Shown: positions 11,555 through 21,014 of the stretch, in pieces
Layout: each line of letters opens with the position of its first letter
Numbering within the stretch: position 1 is the first letter of the stretch
DNA from: an uncultured delta proteobacterium
Lineage (GTDB): Bacteria; Myxococcota_A; Polyangia; Polyangiales; Polyangiaceae
DNA: 64,000 bases
Direction: 5' to 3'
NCBI GenBank assembly: GCA_963841435.1
Contig: CAWJCS010000006.1
Location: 1,312,001-1,376,000, forward strand
Translations under genes and position numbers: made by a program
The notes under the pieces: model-generated
What the model saw: only the letters and a program-made list of their open reading frames with translations
Database searches by the model: none
Told to the model about the DNA's origin: nothing

Positions 11555-12222
11555 GTCGCTCGCTCCCCGCGCGGGCGGCATTTTGCGGCCTGCTGGGCGG
11601 CGGCTGCTCCTTCGGATCGTTCCAGACGGCGCACACGCAAGCACCCGCAACCGTCAGCGTCACCGCCGGCGCGACCAACGTGATGAACGCCATCGACGAC
11701 CAGGCCGGGCGTGATCTGAGCACGAACGTCGGCGGCCAGCTCGGGGTGCGCGTCGGCGTTGCAGACCGTGTCGACGTGGGCCTCGGCAGCTTCTTCCAGA
11801 CCGGAGGGCGCGCGGACGCCAAGATCAACGTGCTCGACCCGCGCGGCCGAGTCGCCATCGCGCCCCGCCTCGGCGTCGGTTACCAGTGGGCGCACCAGAT
11901 CTATATGCTCGAAGGGGGCGCCATCGCCAGTGTCCGCGCCCAAGAGTGGCTCGAACCGTACCTCGGGCTCTCCTTCGCCAACCACTGGATCGAGAGCTAC
12001 GAGGCACTGGAGCCGCTTCCTCAGAATGCCGTCGGCAAGAGCGGCAGCGGTGACGGCTTGCTCCAGCTCTCGCTCGGGGTCGAGCTCGCCGCCTCGCGCT
12101 ACTTCGCGGTGCTCGCCGAATACGGCCACTGGTTCGTGCTCAACGACGACCCGGGCGATCACTTCCGCTTCGTCGCGACGAACATCCTCGGGATCGCAGT
12201 GAGGGTGGGGCGGGTGCAGTAG
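11551..12222 (+). CDS. Putative outer-membrane beta-barrel lipoprotein
   Basis: GTG overlaps the upstream stop (GTGA); LLGGGC lipobox-like, then FQTA; alternating amphipathic beta strands. Confidence 0.6.
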   Translation: MSRSLPARAAFCGLLGGGCSFGSFQTAHTQAPATVSVTAGATNVMNAIDDQAGRDLSTNVGGQLGVRVGVADRVDVGLGSFFQTGGRADAKINVLDPRGRVAIAPRLGVGYQWAHQIYMLEGGAIASVRAQEWLEPYLGLSFANHWIESYEALEPLPQNAVGKSGSGDGLLQLSLGVELAASRYFAVLAEYGHWFVLNDDPGDHFRFVATNILGIAVRVGRVQ

Positions 12223-12257
12223 CGGCGCGCGGGAAGCCGCTCGGCATCTCGCCTGGG

Positions 12258-12329
12258 TGGGCAGGACAGGTTTCGAACCTGCGACATCCGGCTTGTAAGG
12301 CCAGCGCTCTACCGCTGAGCTACCTGCCC
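12258..12329 (-). tRNA. trnV: tRNA-Val (anticodon UAC)
   Basis: Reverse complement GGGCAGGTAGCTCAGCGGTAGAGCGCTGGCCTTACAAGCCGGATGTCGCAGGTTCGAAACCTGTCCTGCCCA folds as a cloverleaf with anticodon loop CTTACAA and T-loop GTTCGAA. Confidence 0.96.
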
Positions 12330-12416
12330 GAAAAGGGGACGCTGGAGGCTAGCAGCCCGCGAGGGCGTCGTCGCGTCCGTCGTAACGTCATCGCGAGCAG
12401 AGGGCCGCAAGCCGCG

Positions 12417-12662
12417 CTAGCGCGGTTTGCCGACGTCCTGTTGCTCGCGGTCGATCTCGTCGAGGACGGCGCGTGGATCGCGCCGTTTGCGGCGACCATC
12501 GGCGAGGGCTACGACGAAGAGGACGATGGCCGCGACTCCAAAGGAGAACGCCCAGGCTGCGCCGAGCGTCCCGGCCACCATGCAGAAAAAAAGCGCGCCG
12601 CCCGCGAGGCCGAGCAGGCCGCTCCGCTTTCCGTGCGGCCCTGGCATGATGTGCGAGCGCAT
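12417..12662 (-). CDS. Small two-TM membrane protein
   Basis: Two hydrophobic segments followed by a charged tail. Confidence 0.6.
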   Translation of the reverse strand: MRSHIMPGPHGKRSGLLGLAGGALFFCMVAGTLGAAWAFSFGVAAIVLFVVALADGRRKRRDPRAVLDEIDREQQDVGKPR

Positions 12663-12683
12663 GGCGGGATTCTACCCCACTGG

Positions 12684-12893
12684 CTACCGCTGGTTTCGGC
12701 GTGCCTGGATCAAGCGGAAGATGGCCATGCTGCACGTCAGGACGCCGAGGACGAGCAAGCTCATCGGCACCACGCGGGGGACCCGCGCTGCGAGCAGGAA
12801 ACCAAAGACGGCGAGCACGAGCATTACCTGTCCGATTCGGAGCAGGGTGCGCATGGAACGGATGAGCTCTTCGGGGGCTTCGGGGTCGGCCAC
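12684..12893 (-). CDS. Small two-TM membrane protein
   Basis: Two hydrophobic segments; GGAGG-like RBS upstream on the minus strand. Confidence 0.6.
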   Translation of the reverse strand: MADPEAPEELIRSMRTLLRIGQVMLVLAVFGFLLAARVPRVVPMSLLVLGVLTCSMAIFRLIQARRNQR

Positions 12894-12983
12894 GGGGCGA
12901 CTCTACCTCCTCCTCGGCGGTCTGGGGGCCGTGACGCGGCGGGTCGGGGGCCCTAGGTTCCAGAGCGTGGCAGAGGACGCGGC

Positions 12984-14342
12984 ATGAAGCTTCGCCGGCA
13001 CGTGGTCGTCGTGGGCGGCGGTTTTGGTGGGCTCGCCGCCACCAAGGCGCTTCGTCGGGCGCCCGTCCACGTCACCCTCCTCGACAAGTCGAACCACTAC
13101 CTGTTCCAGCCGCTGCTCTACCAGGTGGCCATGGCGGGGCTCTCGCCGGCGGAGGTCGCCGTGCCGATCCGCAGCATCCTGAGTCGGCAGAAGAACGCCA
13201 TGGTGCTGCTCGCGGAGGTGACGGGCGTGGACCTCGCGGCGAAGAAAGTGAAAATCAGCGACGGTCCGGATCTGGACTACGAATATCTCGTGCTCGCTCC
13301 GGGCGCGCGCACGTCCTACTTTTCACACGACGAGTGGGAGAGCGTCGCCCCCGGGCTGAAGGATCTCGACGACGCCGTGGAGATCCGCCGGCGCGTGCTC
13401 GTCGCGTTCGAAGCGGCGGAGCGCGAAGCGGACCCGGCGCGACAGCGGCGGCACCTCACGTTCGTGGTCATCGGCGGCGGACCCACGGGTGTGGAGCTCG
13501 CCGGAGCGATTGCGGAGCTTGCGACGTTCGTGCTCGCGCGCGACTTTCGCAATATCCGCCCCGATGCGACGCGCGTCGTGCTCGTCGAAGGCGGCGAGCG
13601 CATCCTCGGCGGGTTCGACTCAATTCTTGCGGCGCGTGCGAGGGAGAGCCTCGAGGCGATGGGCGTCGAGGTCCGCACCGGCACGCGCATCACGCACATC
13701 GATGCCGAGGGCGCAACGTGCGGTAACGCGCGGATCGAAGCGACCACGGTGCTCTGGGCCGCGGGCGTCCGGGCCGCGTCGCTCGGCGCGTCGCTCGGCG
13801 TCCCCGTCGATCGCTCGGGGCGCATCCCCGTCCTCGAGGATTGCAGTATTCCCGGCTACCCGAACGTCTTCTGCATCGGTGACGCAGCGGCCTTCACCGA
13901 GCCGGGCGACGACCAGCTCCTGCCCGGCGTGAGCCCCGTCGCCATGCAACAGGGCCGCTTCGTCGCGCGGCAGATCGACCTCGGCCTCCGAGGCCTGCCC
14001 CGCGAGCGCTTTCACTACCGCGATAAGGGCGTCATGGCGACGATTGGGCGCAGCCGTGCCGTTGCCCGCATCGGCGGCCTGCGCCTCTCCGGCTTCGTCG
14101 CGTGGGCAGCATGGCTCGTGCTCCACATCGTCTATCTGATCGACTTTCGCAATCGCATCCTGGTGCTGATCGACTGGGCCTGGTCGTACCTCACCTACCA
14201 GCGCGGCTCGCGGCTCATCACCGGCCATCGGCTGCACGCCGGCTCGCCCGAGGCTCACGCCGCCACACGGCCACGGGCAGCGAGTGCCGCGGAAACCGCG
14301 GGTGCCCCGGGCCCGGAGCGGCGGAGCCAGCCGAGCCCCTGA
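12984..14342 (+). CDS. ndh: Type II NADH:quinone oxidoreductase
   Basis: GGGFGG, FQPLLYQVA, GGGPTGVELAG, WAAGV, AMQQG, KGVMATIGR. Confidence 0.92.
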   Translation: MKLRRHVVVVGGGFGGLAATKALRRAPVHVTLLDKSNHYLFQPLLYQVAMAGLSPAEVAVPIRSILSRQKNAMVLLAEVTGVDLAAKKVKISDGPDLDYEYLVLAPGARTSYFSHDEWESVAPGLKDLDDAVEIRRRVLVAFEAAEREADPARQRRHLTFVVIGGGPTGVELAGAIAELATFVLARDFRNIRPDATRVVLVEGGERILGGFDSILAARARESLEAMGVEVRTGTRITHIDAEGATCGNARIEATTVLWAAGVRAASLGASLGVPVDRSGRIPVLEDCSIPGYPNVFCIGDAAAFTEPGDDQLLPGVSPVAMQQGRFVARQIDLGLRGLPRERFHYRDKGVMATIGRSRAVARIGGLRLSGFVAWAAWLVLHIVYLIDFRNRILVLIDWAWSYLTYQRGSRLITGHRLHAGSPEAHAATRPRAASAAETAGAPGPERRSQPSP

Positions 14343-14449
14343 GCGTACGCTGACGAGCAGCATGGGCTCAGTCTCCGGGGGGCGCGTGGGCTGCTGGCGA
14401 ACCGGGCCGTTCGCGCGCCGCGCGATCGCCTCGATCATGAAAGCGCGCG

Positions 14450-15988
14450 TCAGTCGTCGCCGAAGTGGATGCCCTGGGCCAGCGGGAGATCGGTGCCGTA
14501 GTTCACCGTGTTCGTCGCGCGCCGCATGTAGGCTTTCCAGGCGTCCGAGCCGGATTCGCGGCCGCCGCCCGTGTCCTTCTCGCCGCCGAACGCGCCACCG
14601 ATCTCGGCGCCGCTCGTGCCGATGTTGACGTTGGCGATGCCGCAATCGGAGCCCGAGGCCGCGCAGAAGCGCTCCGCCTCGCGCACGTCGTCGGTGAAGA
14701 TGGCGCTGGCGAGCCCCTGACGCACGCCGTTCTGCAGGTCGATCGCCTCGTCGAGCGTTCGATAGGGGAAAAAATAGAGGATGGGCGCGAAGGTTTCCTC
14801 GCCGACGATGGGCGTCGCGGGATCGATCTCGACGAGCGCCGGACGCACGTAGGCGCCGCCCTGGGGCACGGCGTCCGTCACGACCTCCCCGCCATGCACG
14901 GTGGCCCCGGCGCTGCGCGAAAGCTCGAGCGCGCGCTGCATCGCGTCGAGCGCTCGCCGGTCGATGAGCGGCCCCATCAGCGTGCTGGGCTCGCGTGGAT
15001 CGCCGATGCGGACGCCGCGGGCCGCGTCGAGCAGGCGCCCGCGCAGGGCAGGGAGCACGCTTTCGTGCGCGATGAGGCGCCGGAGCGAGGTGCAGCGCTG
15101 CCCGGACGTGCCGACCCACGAAAACAGCGCCGAGCGCGTCGCAAGATCGAGGCGCGCGCTCGGCGCGACGATCATGGCGTTGTTCCCGCCGAGCTCGAGC
15201 AGTGTGCGCCCGAGCCGCGCGGCCACGACCTCCCCGACGCGCCGCCCCATGCGCACCGATCCCGTCGCCGAAACGAGCGGGACGGCCTCCGAGCGTGCGA
15301 GCACCTCACCGACCGAAGCATCGCCGATCACCACGGAAAAGAGGCCGTCCGGCACCTCCGGCGTCTCGCGCGCGGCGCGCCCGAGCAGCGCGTGGCAAGC
15401 GAGCGCCGAGAGCGGCGCCTTCTCCGACGGCTTCCACAGCACCGGATCGCCCGCGACCAGCGCGAGCGCGGTGTTCCAGGCCCAGACGGCGACGGGAAAG
15501 TTGAACGCCGTGATCACGGCGACGGGGCCGAGCGGGTGCCATTGCTCGGTGAGACGGTGATGGGGCCGCTCGCTCGCGATGGTGAGCCCATAGAGCTGCC
15601 GGCCGAGACCGACCGCGAAGTCGGCGATGTCGATCATCTCCTGGACCTCGCCGCGGGCCTCCGCGACGATTTTGCCGACCTCGTGGGTGACGACGGTGGC
15701 AAGATCGCTCTGGTGCTCGCGCAAGAGCGCGGCGAAGCGCCGCAAAAGCTCGGCGCGGCGCGGCGCTGGAACCAGGCGCCAGCTCGAGAAAGCGCGGCCT
15801 GCGCGCTCGACGGTGCGGTGTGCCTGCTCCGGTGTCGCCATGCGGCCCGAGGCGATCGCCTGGCCGTCGATGGGCGAGCGCACGACGAGCTCGCCGCCCT
15901 GACCCGGTTCGGCGTCGCCGCCGCTGGAAACGCCGGGTAGCGTGCTTGCCACGCCGAGCCGCGATAGGGCCGCCGACAGCGCGCTCAC
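14450..15988 (-). CDS. amaB: ALDH7-type aldehyde dehydrogenase (piperideine-6-carboxylate / aminoadipate-semialdehyde dehydrogenase)
   Basis: GEVQEMIDI, TAFNFPVAVW, LELGGNNA, GQRCTS, GAEIGGAFGGEK.TGGGRESGSDAWK; GTG start overlaps the upstream stop. Confidence 0.9.
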   Translation of the reverse strand: MSALSAALSRLGVASTLPGVSSGGDAEPGQGGELVVRSPIDGQAIASGRMATPEQAHRTVERAGRAFSSWRLVPAPRRAELLRRFAALLREHQSDLATVVTHEVGKIVAEARGEVQEMIDIADFAVGLGRQLYGLTIASERPHHRLTEQWHPLGPVAVITAFNFPVAVWAWNTALALVAGDPVLWKPSEKAPLSALACHALLGRAARETPEVPDGLFSVVIGDASVGEVLARSEAVPLVSATGSVRMGRRVGEVVAARLGRTLLELGGNNAMIVAPSARLDLATRSALFSWVGTSGQRCTSLRRLIAHESVLPALRGRLLDAARGVRIGDPREPSTLMGPLIDRRALDAMQRALELSRSAGATVHGGEVVTDAVPQGGAYVRPALVEIDPATPIVGEETFAPILYFFPYRTLDEAIDLQNGVRQGLASAIFTDDVREAERFCAASGSDCGIANVNIGTSGAEIGGAFGGEKDTGGGRESGSDAWKAYMRRATNTVNYGTDLPLAQGIHFGDD

Positions 15989-17124
15989 GTGAGCTCTCCT
16001 CCGAAGTCGATGCTCGCGAGCGAAAATTCGCTCCTCGTGCTCGACCGGTAGTGCTCGCCGAAGCGGTTCGCGAGGAAGGCTTCGAGGCTCACCGACTCCT
16101 GCTTGACGAAGCCCTGCGCCTGCAGCTGCCCGGCACGAAATAGATCCACCATCACGCAGACCCCGGCCGCCGTGGTGAGCTGGATCGCGCTCCAGCTCTG
16201 GCCCGCGATCGTCTGGCTGTAGATTTTTCGAGCGTCGCTCACCTGCACGAGCATGCCGTTCTTCCAGCCCGTGACCGTGCAGAAGACCACCACGACGTCC
16301 TGAAACGTGACGGGCACGGCCCGCTCGAGGATCTCCTTCAGGAGCTCGCGCGACTCGCCGAGCCTGAGCTCGCTCAGCAAGAACGACATGTAGTCGCGGT
16401 GACCCTGGTAGCGGATGGTCTTGTAGTTGAGCTCCCGCACGCGGCCTTCGAGCGATTCGCACAGCGTGCCGAGACCACCCGACGTGTTGAAGGCCTCGTA
16501 GCGCACGCCGTCGATCGAGAAGTGCTCGAGCCCCTCGAGTGGCAAGACCTCGCGGATGCGCCCCTCGTGAATGGCCTCGCAGGGGTTGAGGTACTCGTTG
16601 ATGAGCCCGTCGGTGGACCAGGTGAGGTTGTATTTGAGGACGTTCGACGGAAACTGGGGCAGGGCGCCCACGCGCATGAACACGCGATCGAGGCGGTCGA
16701 AGCCGCGCGTGAGGTCGTTGGCGGCGACGGACACGAAGCCGGGGGCGAGCCCGCATTGTGGCATGAAGACCTGACCCGGCCGGGCGTGCTCGGCGACAGC
16801 CCGGACGCGCCGCGTGGTCTCGCGATCTTCGGTGAGGTCGAAGTAGCTCGCGCCGACCTCGGCGCAGATCTCGGCAACGCGAGGATTGTGGGCGTACGAG
16901 AGCGCCGAAACCACGATGTCTTCCGCGCCGATCGCGAGCTTCAAGGCGCCCGCGTCCGCGGCGTCGAGCTTCTGGGGCGCAGAGGCCGGCACGCGCGACG
17001 CGAGCAACGCGAGCGCTGCGTCGTCGCGATCGCCCACGCGCACGGCGTAGTCGCCCGAGGCCGACAGGAGGTTGGCGATGGTGCGGCCGATTTTGCCCGC
17101 GCCGAGGATGAGCACACGTTTCAT
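15985..17124 (-). CDS. Saccharopine dehydrogenase family / lysine 6-dehydrogenase-like
   Basis: GAGKIG, YFDLTED, QCGLAPG, RVGALP, YNLTWSTDGLINEY, EAFNTSGG, YKTIRY.GH. Confidence 0.88.
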   Translation of the reverse strand: MKRVLILGAGKIGRTIANLLSASGDYAVRVGDRDDAALALLASRVPASAPQKLDAADAGALKLAIGAEDIVVSALSYAHNPRVAEICAEVGASYFDLTEDRETTRRVRAVAEHARPGQVFMPQCGLAPGFVSVAANDLTRGFDRLDRVFMRVGALPQFPSNVLKYNLTWSTDGLINEYLNPCEAIHEGRIREVLPLEGLEHFSIDGVRYEAFNTSGGLGTLCESLEGRVRELNYKTIRYQGHRDYMSFLLSELRLGESRELLKEILERAVPVTFQDVVVVFCTVTGWKNGMLVQVSDARKIYSQTIAGQSWSAIQLTTAAGVCVMVDLFRAGQLQAQGFVKQESVSLEAFLANRFGEHYRSSTRSEFSLASIDFGGELT

Positions 17125-17324
17125 GGCGCTGTCGCGGAGCGTTCCGCCCCGGCTGTCCGGTGCAGACGACCGCGCTTTAATCAAGTTTGGGGTCCAGGGC
17201 GCAGAGCGCAACCCCTCGCGAGCCGAAGCTTCGGTTTGTCGTGGTGAAGGGTGCGACAAGGTGCCCCGCCGGCGCTTCGCCCTGCGCCTTGTTGGGGAGG
17301 CCGTCGTCGGACAAACTTTGGCTC

Positions 17325-18719
17325 ATGGCCGACTCGAACGACGTGGCGTTCTCGCCGGAGCCGTCGGCCGCGCGCGTCGTCGGCGAGCTTCTGACGCGCT
17401 TCAGCGACGGCTCGGCGGCGGCGCGAGCGCTTGCCGCGCATCTTCTCGAGTCGGCAGGCACGCGCCTTTGCGATGTCGTGGAGGTGCTGTCGGTCGCGGG
17501 GGACGGCGAGCTCCGCCGTTCGCTCGTCGCGCAGGGATTTCGGACGCTGCCGAGCGAAGGGCTCGTGAGCGGCGCGGAGCTCTTCGAGCACCCGCGGGCG
17601 CTCCTGCCGCTCGTCGAGCTTCGACCGTACGGCAAGGCGCGCGCGTCCGTGCGCGTGGATTCGCTGCCCGACTTTCTCGAGGCCAGTGGCGCCAGGCCGC
17701 TCGAGCTCGAGGGGGACGCGGGGGCGCTGGTCCGGCGCGCGCTCGTCGCGAGCGAGGGCGAATCCGAGCTTTTCGTGCACGAGCGCTGGGGCGCGCGAAA
17801 GCTCGTGACGGTGCGCGACGCGGTTTCGCGGGGGCCGGGCGTTGCCGCACGCGAGAAGCACCTCGAAGCGTTCCGGCTCAGACCACGGCCGCTCGCTGAC
17901 CCGGAGGCAACCTTTCGCGCCGCGGCGCTACTCGTGCGCGCCGCCCAGCGCGATCTCGGCGAGGCGGTGGCGTGCGAGGTGTTCTTCGAGGCCGAGCGTC
18001 GCTACTACGTTCGGCGCAATCGCGCGGCGCGCGTCCAGCTCGCACGACAGGACGCGCTCGGAGCCGGCTTTCACAATCGCGATCATCATACCTACCGGTC
18101 GAGCCGCGCGGCGTTCGCGGCGCTGGTTGGCACGCTCGAACTCGTGGGGCTTCGCTGCCGGGAGCGCTTCTACGCCGGACACGAAGCGGGCTGGGGCGCG
18201 CAGGTGATGGAGCATCCGGAGCTCGGCATCTGCGTGTTCGCCGATGTCGATCTGAGCCCCAGCGAGATCAACGGCGATTTCGCGCACCGCGGGCTCGAGC
18301 CTCGCGACGAGCTCGGCACGGTCGGGCTCTGGTGCGAGCTGCACGGCGAAGCGTTCGGTGCCGCGGGGCTTCACCACCTCGAGTGCCAGTTCGATTTTTC
18401 GCGCGCGCGGGCGCTCCTCGAGGCGGACGGCGTCGGCGTGATGCCGCCCTTCACGGATTTTTCCCATTTGAAACAAGCCTTCACCCGCGGGGAGCTCTGG
18501 CCGCTGGCCGCCGACCGGCTCGAGCGCGCCCGGGCCGCGGGGTGGCTTTCGGCCGAGGCGGCCGAGCGCCTCGCGCGCGAAGGGTCGCTCGGGTCGCATT
18601 TCGAGCTGCTCGAGCGCAACGACGGCTACAAGGGCTTCAACCAGGCGGGCATCAACCGCATCATCCAGGCGACGGATCCACGCCGCGCCGAAGCGCCGCT
18701 CGCCGCCCAGGCTTCCTGA
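17325..18719 (+). CDS. VOC/HPPD-like fold protein, putative Fe(II) dioxygenase
   Basis: DHHTYRSSR, GLHHLE and FELLERNDGYKGF resemble the His/His/Glu motifs of HPPD- and DUF1338-type enzymes. Confidence 0.6.
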   Translation: MADSNDVAFSPEPSAARVVGELLTRFSDGSAAARALAAHLLESAGTRLCDVVEVLSVAGDGELRRSLVAQGFRTLPSEGLVSGAELFEHPRALLPLVELRPYGKARASVRVDSLPDFLEASGARPLELEGDAGALVRRALVASEGESELFVHERWGARKLVTVRDAVSRGPGVAAREKHLEAFRLRPRPLADPEATFRAAALLVRAAQRDLGEAVACEVFFEAERRYYVRRNRAARVQLARQDALGAGFHNRDHHTYRSSRAAFAALVGTLELVGLRCRERFYAGHEAGWGAQVMEHPELGICVFADVDLSPSEINGDFAHRGLEPRDELGTVGLWCELHGEAFGAAGLHHLECQFDFSRARALLEADGVGVMPPFTDFSHLKQAFTRGELWPLAADRLERARAAGWLSAEAAERLAREGSLGSHFELLERNDGYKGFNQAGINRIIQATDPRRAEAPLAAQAS

Positions 18720-18773
18720 GCGACCCGTTGTTTTGCCCCGTGCGGGCGGCAGGCTAGGCTCGGGCCGCACAGC

Positions 18774-19499
18774 ATGATGGCCGTGTCAGACGAGCGTTCG
18801 CGCGCCTACTACGACGATTTTTCCGAGGGCTACGAGCGCGAGCGGCACCACGGCTACCACGCGTTGCTCGACGCGCTCGAGATTGAGGTGGCCGAGCCGT
18901 TCGTCCGGGGGCGCGACGTGCTCGAGGTGGGGTGCGGCACGGGGCTCATTCTCGCGCGTCTCGCGCGGGTGGCACGGCGCGCCGAGGGCGTGGACCTGTC
19001 GCCCGGCATGCTCAAGCTCGCTCGTGAGCGCGGGCTCGACGTGAAGGAGGGCAGCGCGACCGAGCTACCGTACCAGGACGCTTCGTTCGATACCGTGGCA
19101 AGCTTCAAGGTGCTCGCGCACGTGCCCGAGATTGGCCAGGCGCTCGGCGAGATGGCGCGCGTCTGTCGCCCCGGCGGGCACGTGCTCGCCGAGCTCTACA
19201 ACCCGCTCAGCCTGCGCTACCTCGCGAAGAAGATCGCCGGGCCCGGCAAGATCTCCGACGGTCGAACGGAGGCGGACGTGTACACGCGCTGGGACAGCCC
19301 CTTCAAGCTGCGCGCCCTCATGCCGCCGACGCTAAAGCTCGTCGATGTGCGCGGGATCCGCATCGTGACGCCCGCAGCGTTCGTGCACAAAATTCCGCTG
19401 CTCGGGGCCGCGTTGCCGCGCCTCGAACGGCTCGCCATGGCGACGCCGCTGCGCTACTTCGGCGGCTTTCTCGTCGCGGTCGCCGTCCGCCGCGGCTAG
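18774..19499 (+). CDS. Class I SAM-dependent methyltransferase
   Basis: VLEVGCGTG, GVDLSPGML, LPYQDASFD, CRPGG. Confidence 0.92.
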   Translation: MMAVSDERSRAYYDDFSEGYERERHHGYHALLDALEIEVAEPFVRGRDVLEVGCGTGLILARLARVARRAEGVDLSPGMLKLARERGLDVKEGSATELPYQDASFDTVASFKVLAHVPEIGQALGEMARVCRPGGHVLAELYNPLSLRYLAKKIAGPGKISDGRTEADVYTRWDSPFKLRALMPPTLKLVDVRGIRIVTPAAFVHKIPLLGAALPRLERLAMATPLRYFGGFLVAVAVRRG

Positions 19500-19534
19500 T
19501 GGCGGGTTCGGCGCACTCGCTGCTCGATGGCGCG

Positions 19535-19765
19535 TCAGCGTCGTCGCCGCGGACGCAGCGCGCGCTCGATCGCCGCGCACGCCTCGGCGGGCGTCTCGCA
19601 GAACGCTGCGGCGTGGCCGTCCCCCTCGCTTTCGGTGCCCGTGAGGCACCCGCCGATCGCCTCGCGCTCGAGGAACGTCTTCAGATGCTCGTCGAAGTGC
19701 GCCGCGGTCTTCTCTGCCGTTGGCCCGAAAAAATCCCAGAGATAGGTGGTTCGGGCTTCGGTCAC
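19535..19765 (-). CDS. Small hypothetical protein
   Basis: YLWDFFGPTAEKTAAHFDEHL; GTG start; follows the cytochrome-rhodanese gene on the same strand. Confidence 0.6.
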   Translation of the reverse strand: MTEARTTYLWDFFGPTAEKTAAHFDEHLKTFLEREAIGGCLTGTESEGDGHAAAFCETPAEACAAIERALRPRRRR

Positions 19766-19796
19766 GCGGTACCTCGGGGTGTGGGCGCCGAAAGCG

Positions 19797-20915
19797 CTAC
19801 TTTGCCGTGCCCGTGAGCGGGTAGCCGCGCGTCTTCCACTCGAGGATGCCCTCGTCGAGCACGGCCGTGTGCTTGTACCCACGGGACCTGAGCGCGCTCA
19901 CGACCTCGCCGGAGGCGTGATGCGGACACGCGCAGTACGCGATCACCCAGGTGCCGTCGTTCGGAATGCGCGAGAGCTGCTCGGCCGCGTAGTACGGCAC
20001 GGAGATCGCCCCCGGAATGTGGAAAAGCTCCCAGTCGGCCGGTGAGCGCGCATCGATGATCACCATGCGCCGCCGCTGGTCGAGGGCCTTCTTCACCTCG
20101 GCCGCCGGCACGTAGCGGTCGTCGCGCATCGTGAACTTTGGCGCGGTGCCCTTGGGGTTGATCACGATGGGCAGGTTTGCGGGGATCGTCGGCGCCGTCG
20201 GGTGAGCGTCCGCGCTCCCGGGGGCCTTGCTCCTGAGCCACGCGATCACGTCCTCGATCTGGCCCGGGTTGAGCTTCTCGGCGAAGGACGGCATCGGCGT
20301 CGGCGGTCGGCCGTGGACGATGGCGAAGCGCAGAAAGTCCGGCGAAGCCGCACGCAAGAACTCCGGGTTGTAGAGGGTCAGCGCGGTCTTTCGCTCGGTC
20401 TCCGTGCCGTGGCACGTCTCGCACTCCGCCGCGTAGACGGCTCGACCGAGCTCGGCGTTGCCTTGCACGCTCGACTTCGGAAGCGGGTGAGCAGGGGGCC
20501 CTTTCTGCCTGAGGAAGCCGACGAGGCGTGCGATGTCGGCGTCGTCGAGCGGTCCGCCACGGACCTTGCCGTAGGCTCCCATTGCCGTGGCGGGGCGTCC
20601 GAGGCGGATGGCGCTGGCGATGAACGCGTCGTCGACGCTCTCGAGAAAGGTCTCGGTCACGAGTGACGGCGCGTTGTCGGCGGCGTAGCCCGTGGCGTCC
20701 TTGCCGTGGCAAAGAGCGCAGTAGCGTTGGTAGAGCGCTTCGCCCGACTCCTTGGTCGCCGCGGGAGTGGGGGCGGATGCCGAAGGCGGGCCCGTGAGCG
20801 TGGGGGCCGTCGACGGGGCCCGTGAGGGTGCGCCCTCGGGGCTCGAGCGGCGGGCACAGCTCGCGGCGAGCCCGAGCGTCAGAAGGAAGGTGAGGACTGT
20901 CGAAGGGAGGCGCAT
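19797..20915 (-). CDS. Lipoprotein: diheme cytochrome c fused to a rhodanese domain
   Basis: Lipobox LAASC; CALCH and CETCH, each with a distal Met; IIDARS...HIPGA...YCAC...LDEGILEW. Confidence 0.88.
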   Translation of the reverse strand: MRLPSTVLTFLLTLGLAASCARRSSPEGAPSRAPSTAPTLTGPPSASAPTPAATKESGEALYQRYCALCHGKDATGYAADNAPSLVTETFLESVDDAFIASAIRLGRPATAMGAYGKVRGGPLDDADIARLVGFLRQKGPPAHPLPKSSVQGNAELGRAVYAAECETCHGTETERKTALTLYNPEFLRAASPDFLRFAIVHGRPPTPMPSFAEKLNPGQIEDVIAWLRSKAPGSADAHPTAPTIPANLPIVINPKGTAPKFTMRDDRYVPAAEVKKALDQRRRMVIIDARSPADWELFHIPGAISVPYYAAEQLSRIPNDGTWVIAYCACPHHASGEVVSALRSRGYKHTAVLDEGILEWKTRGYPLTGTAK

Positions 20916-21014
20916 GAAATGAGGGCGGTCGAAAGGGACTCTGGGGCTGCCCGTCGTGGCCGACACGTGGGAGGTCCTGTATAATCCCATCCGTTCGTCT
21001 AGCCGAGCCCGCCC

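Noticed and set aside
12258-12329. tRNA-Val as the integration site of a genomic island
   Set aside because: I found no duplicated tRNA 3' end, integrase or phage genes in the window
14450-16756. 768-aa ORF as a dehydrogenase fusion
   Set aside because: The N-terminal extension is an off-frame read of the upstream dehydrogenase gene; the ALDH starts at GTG 15988
17125-17324. Lysine riboswitch upstream of the lysine catabolic genes
   Set aside because: I could not identify the conserved L-box core; an Infernal scan would be needed
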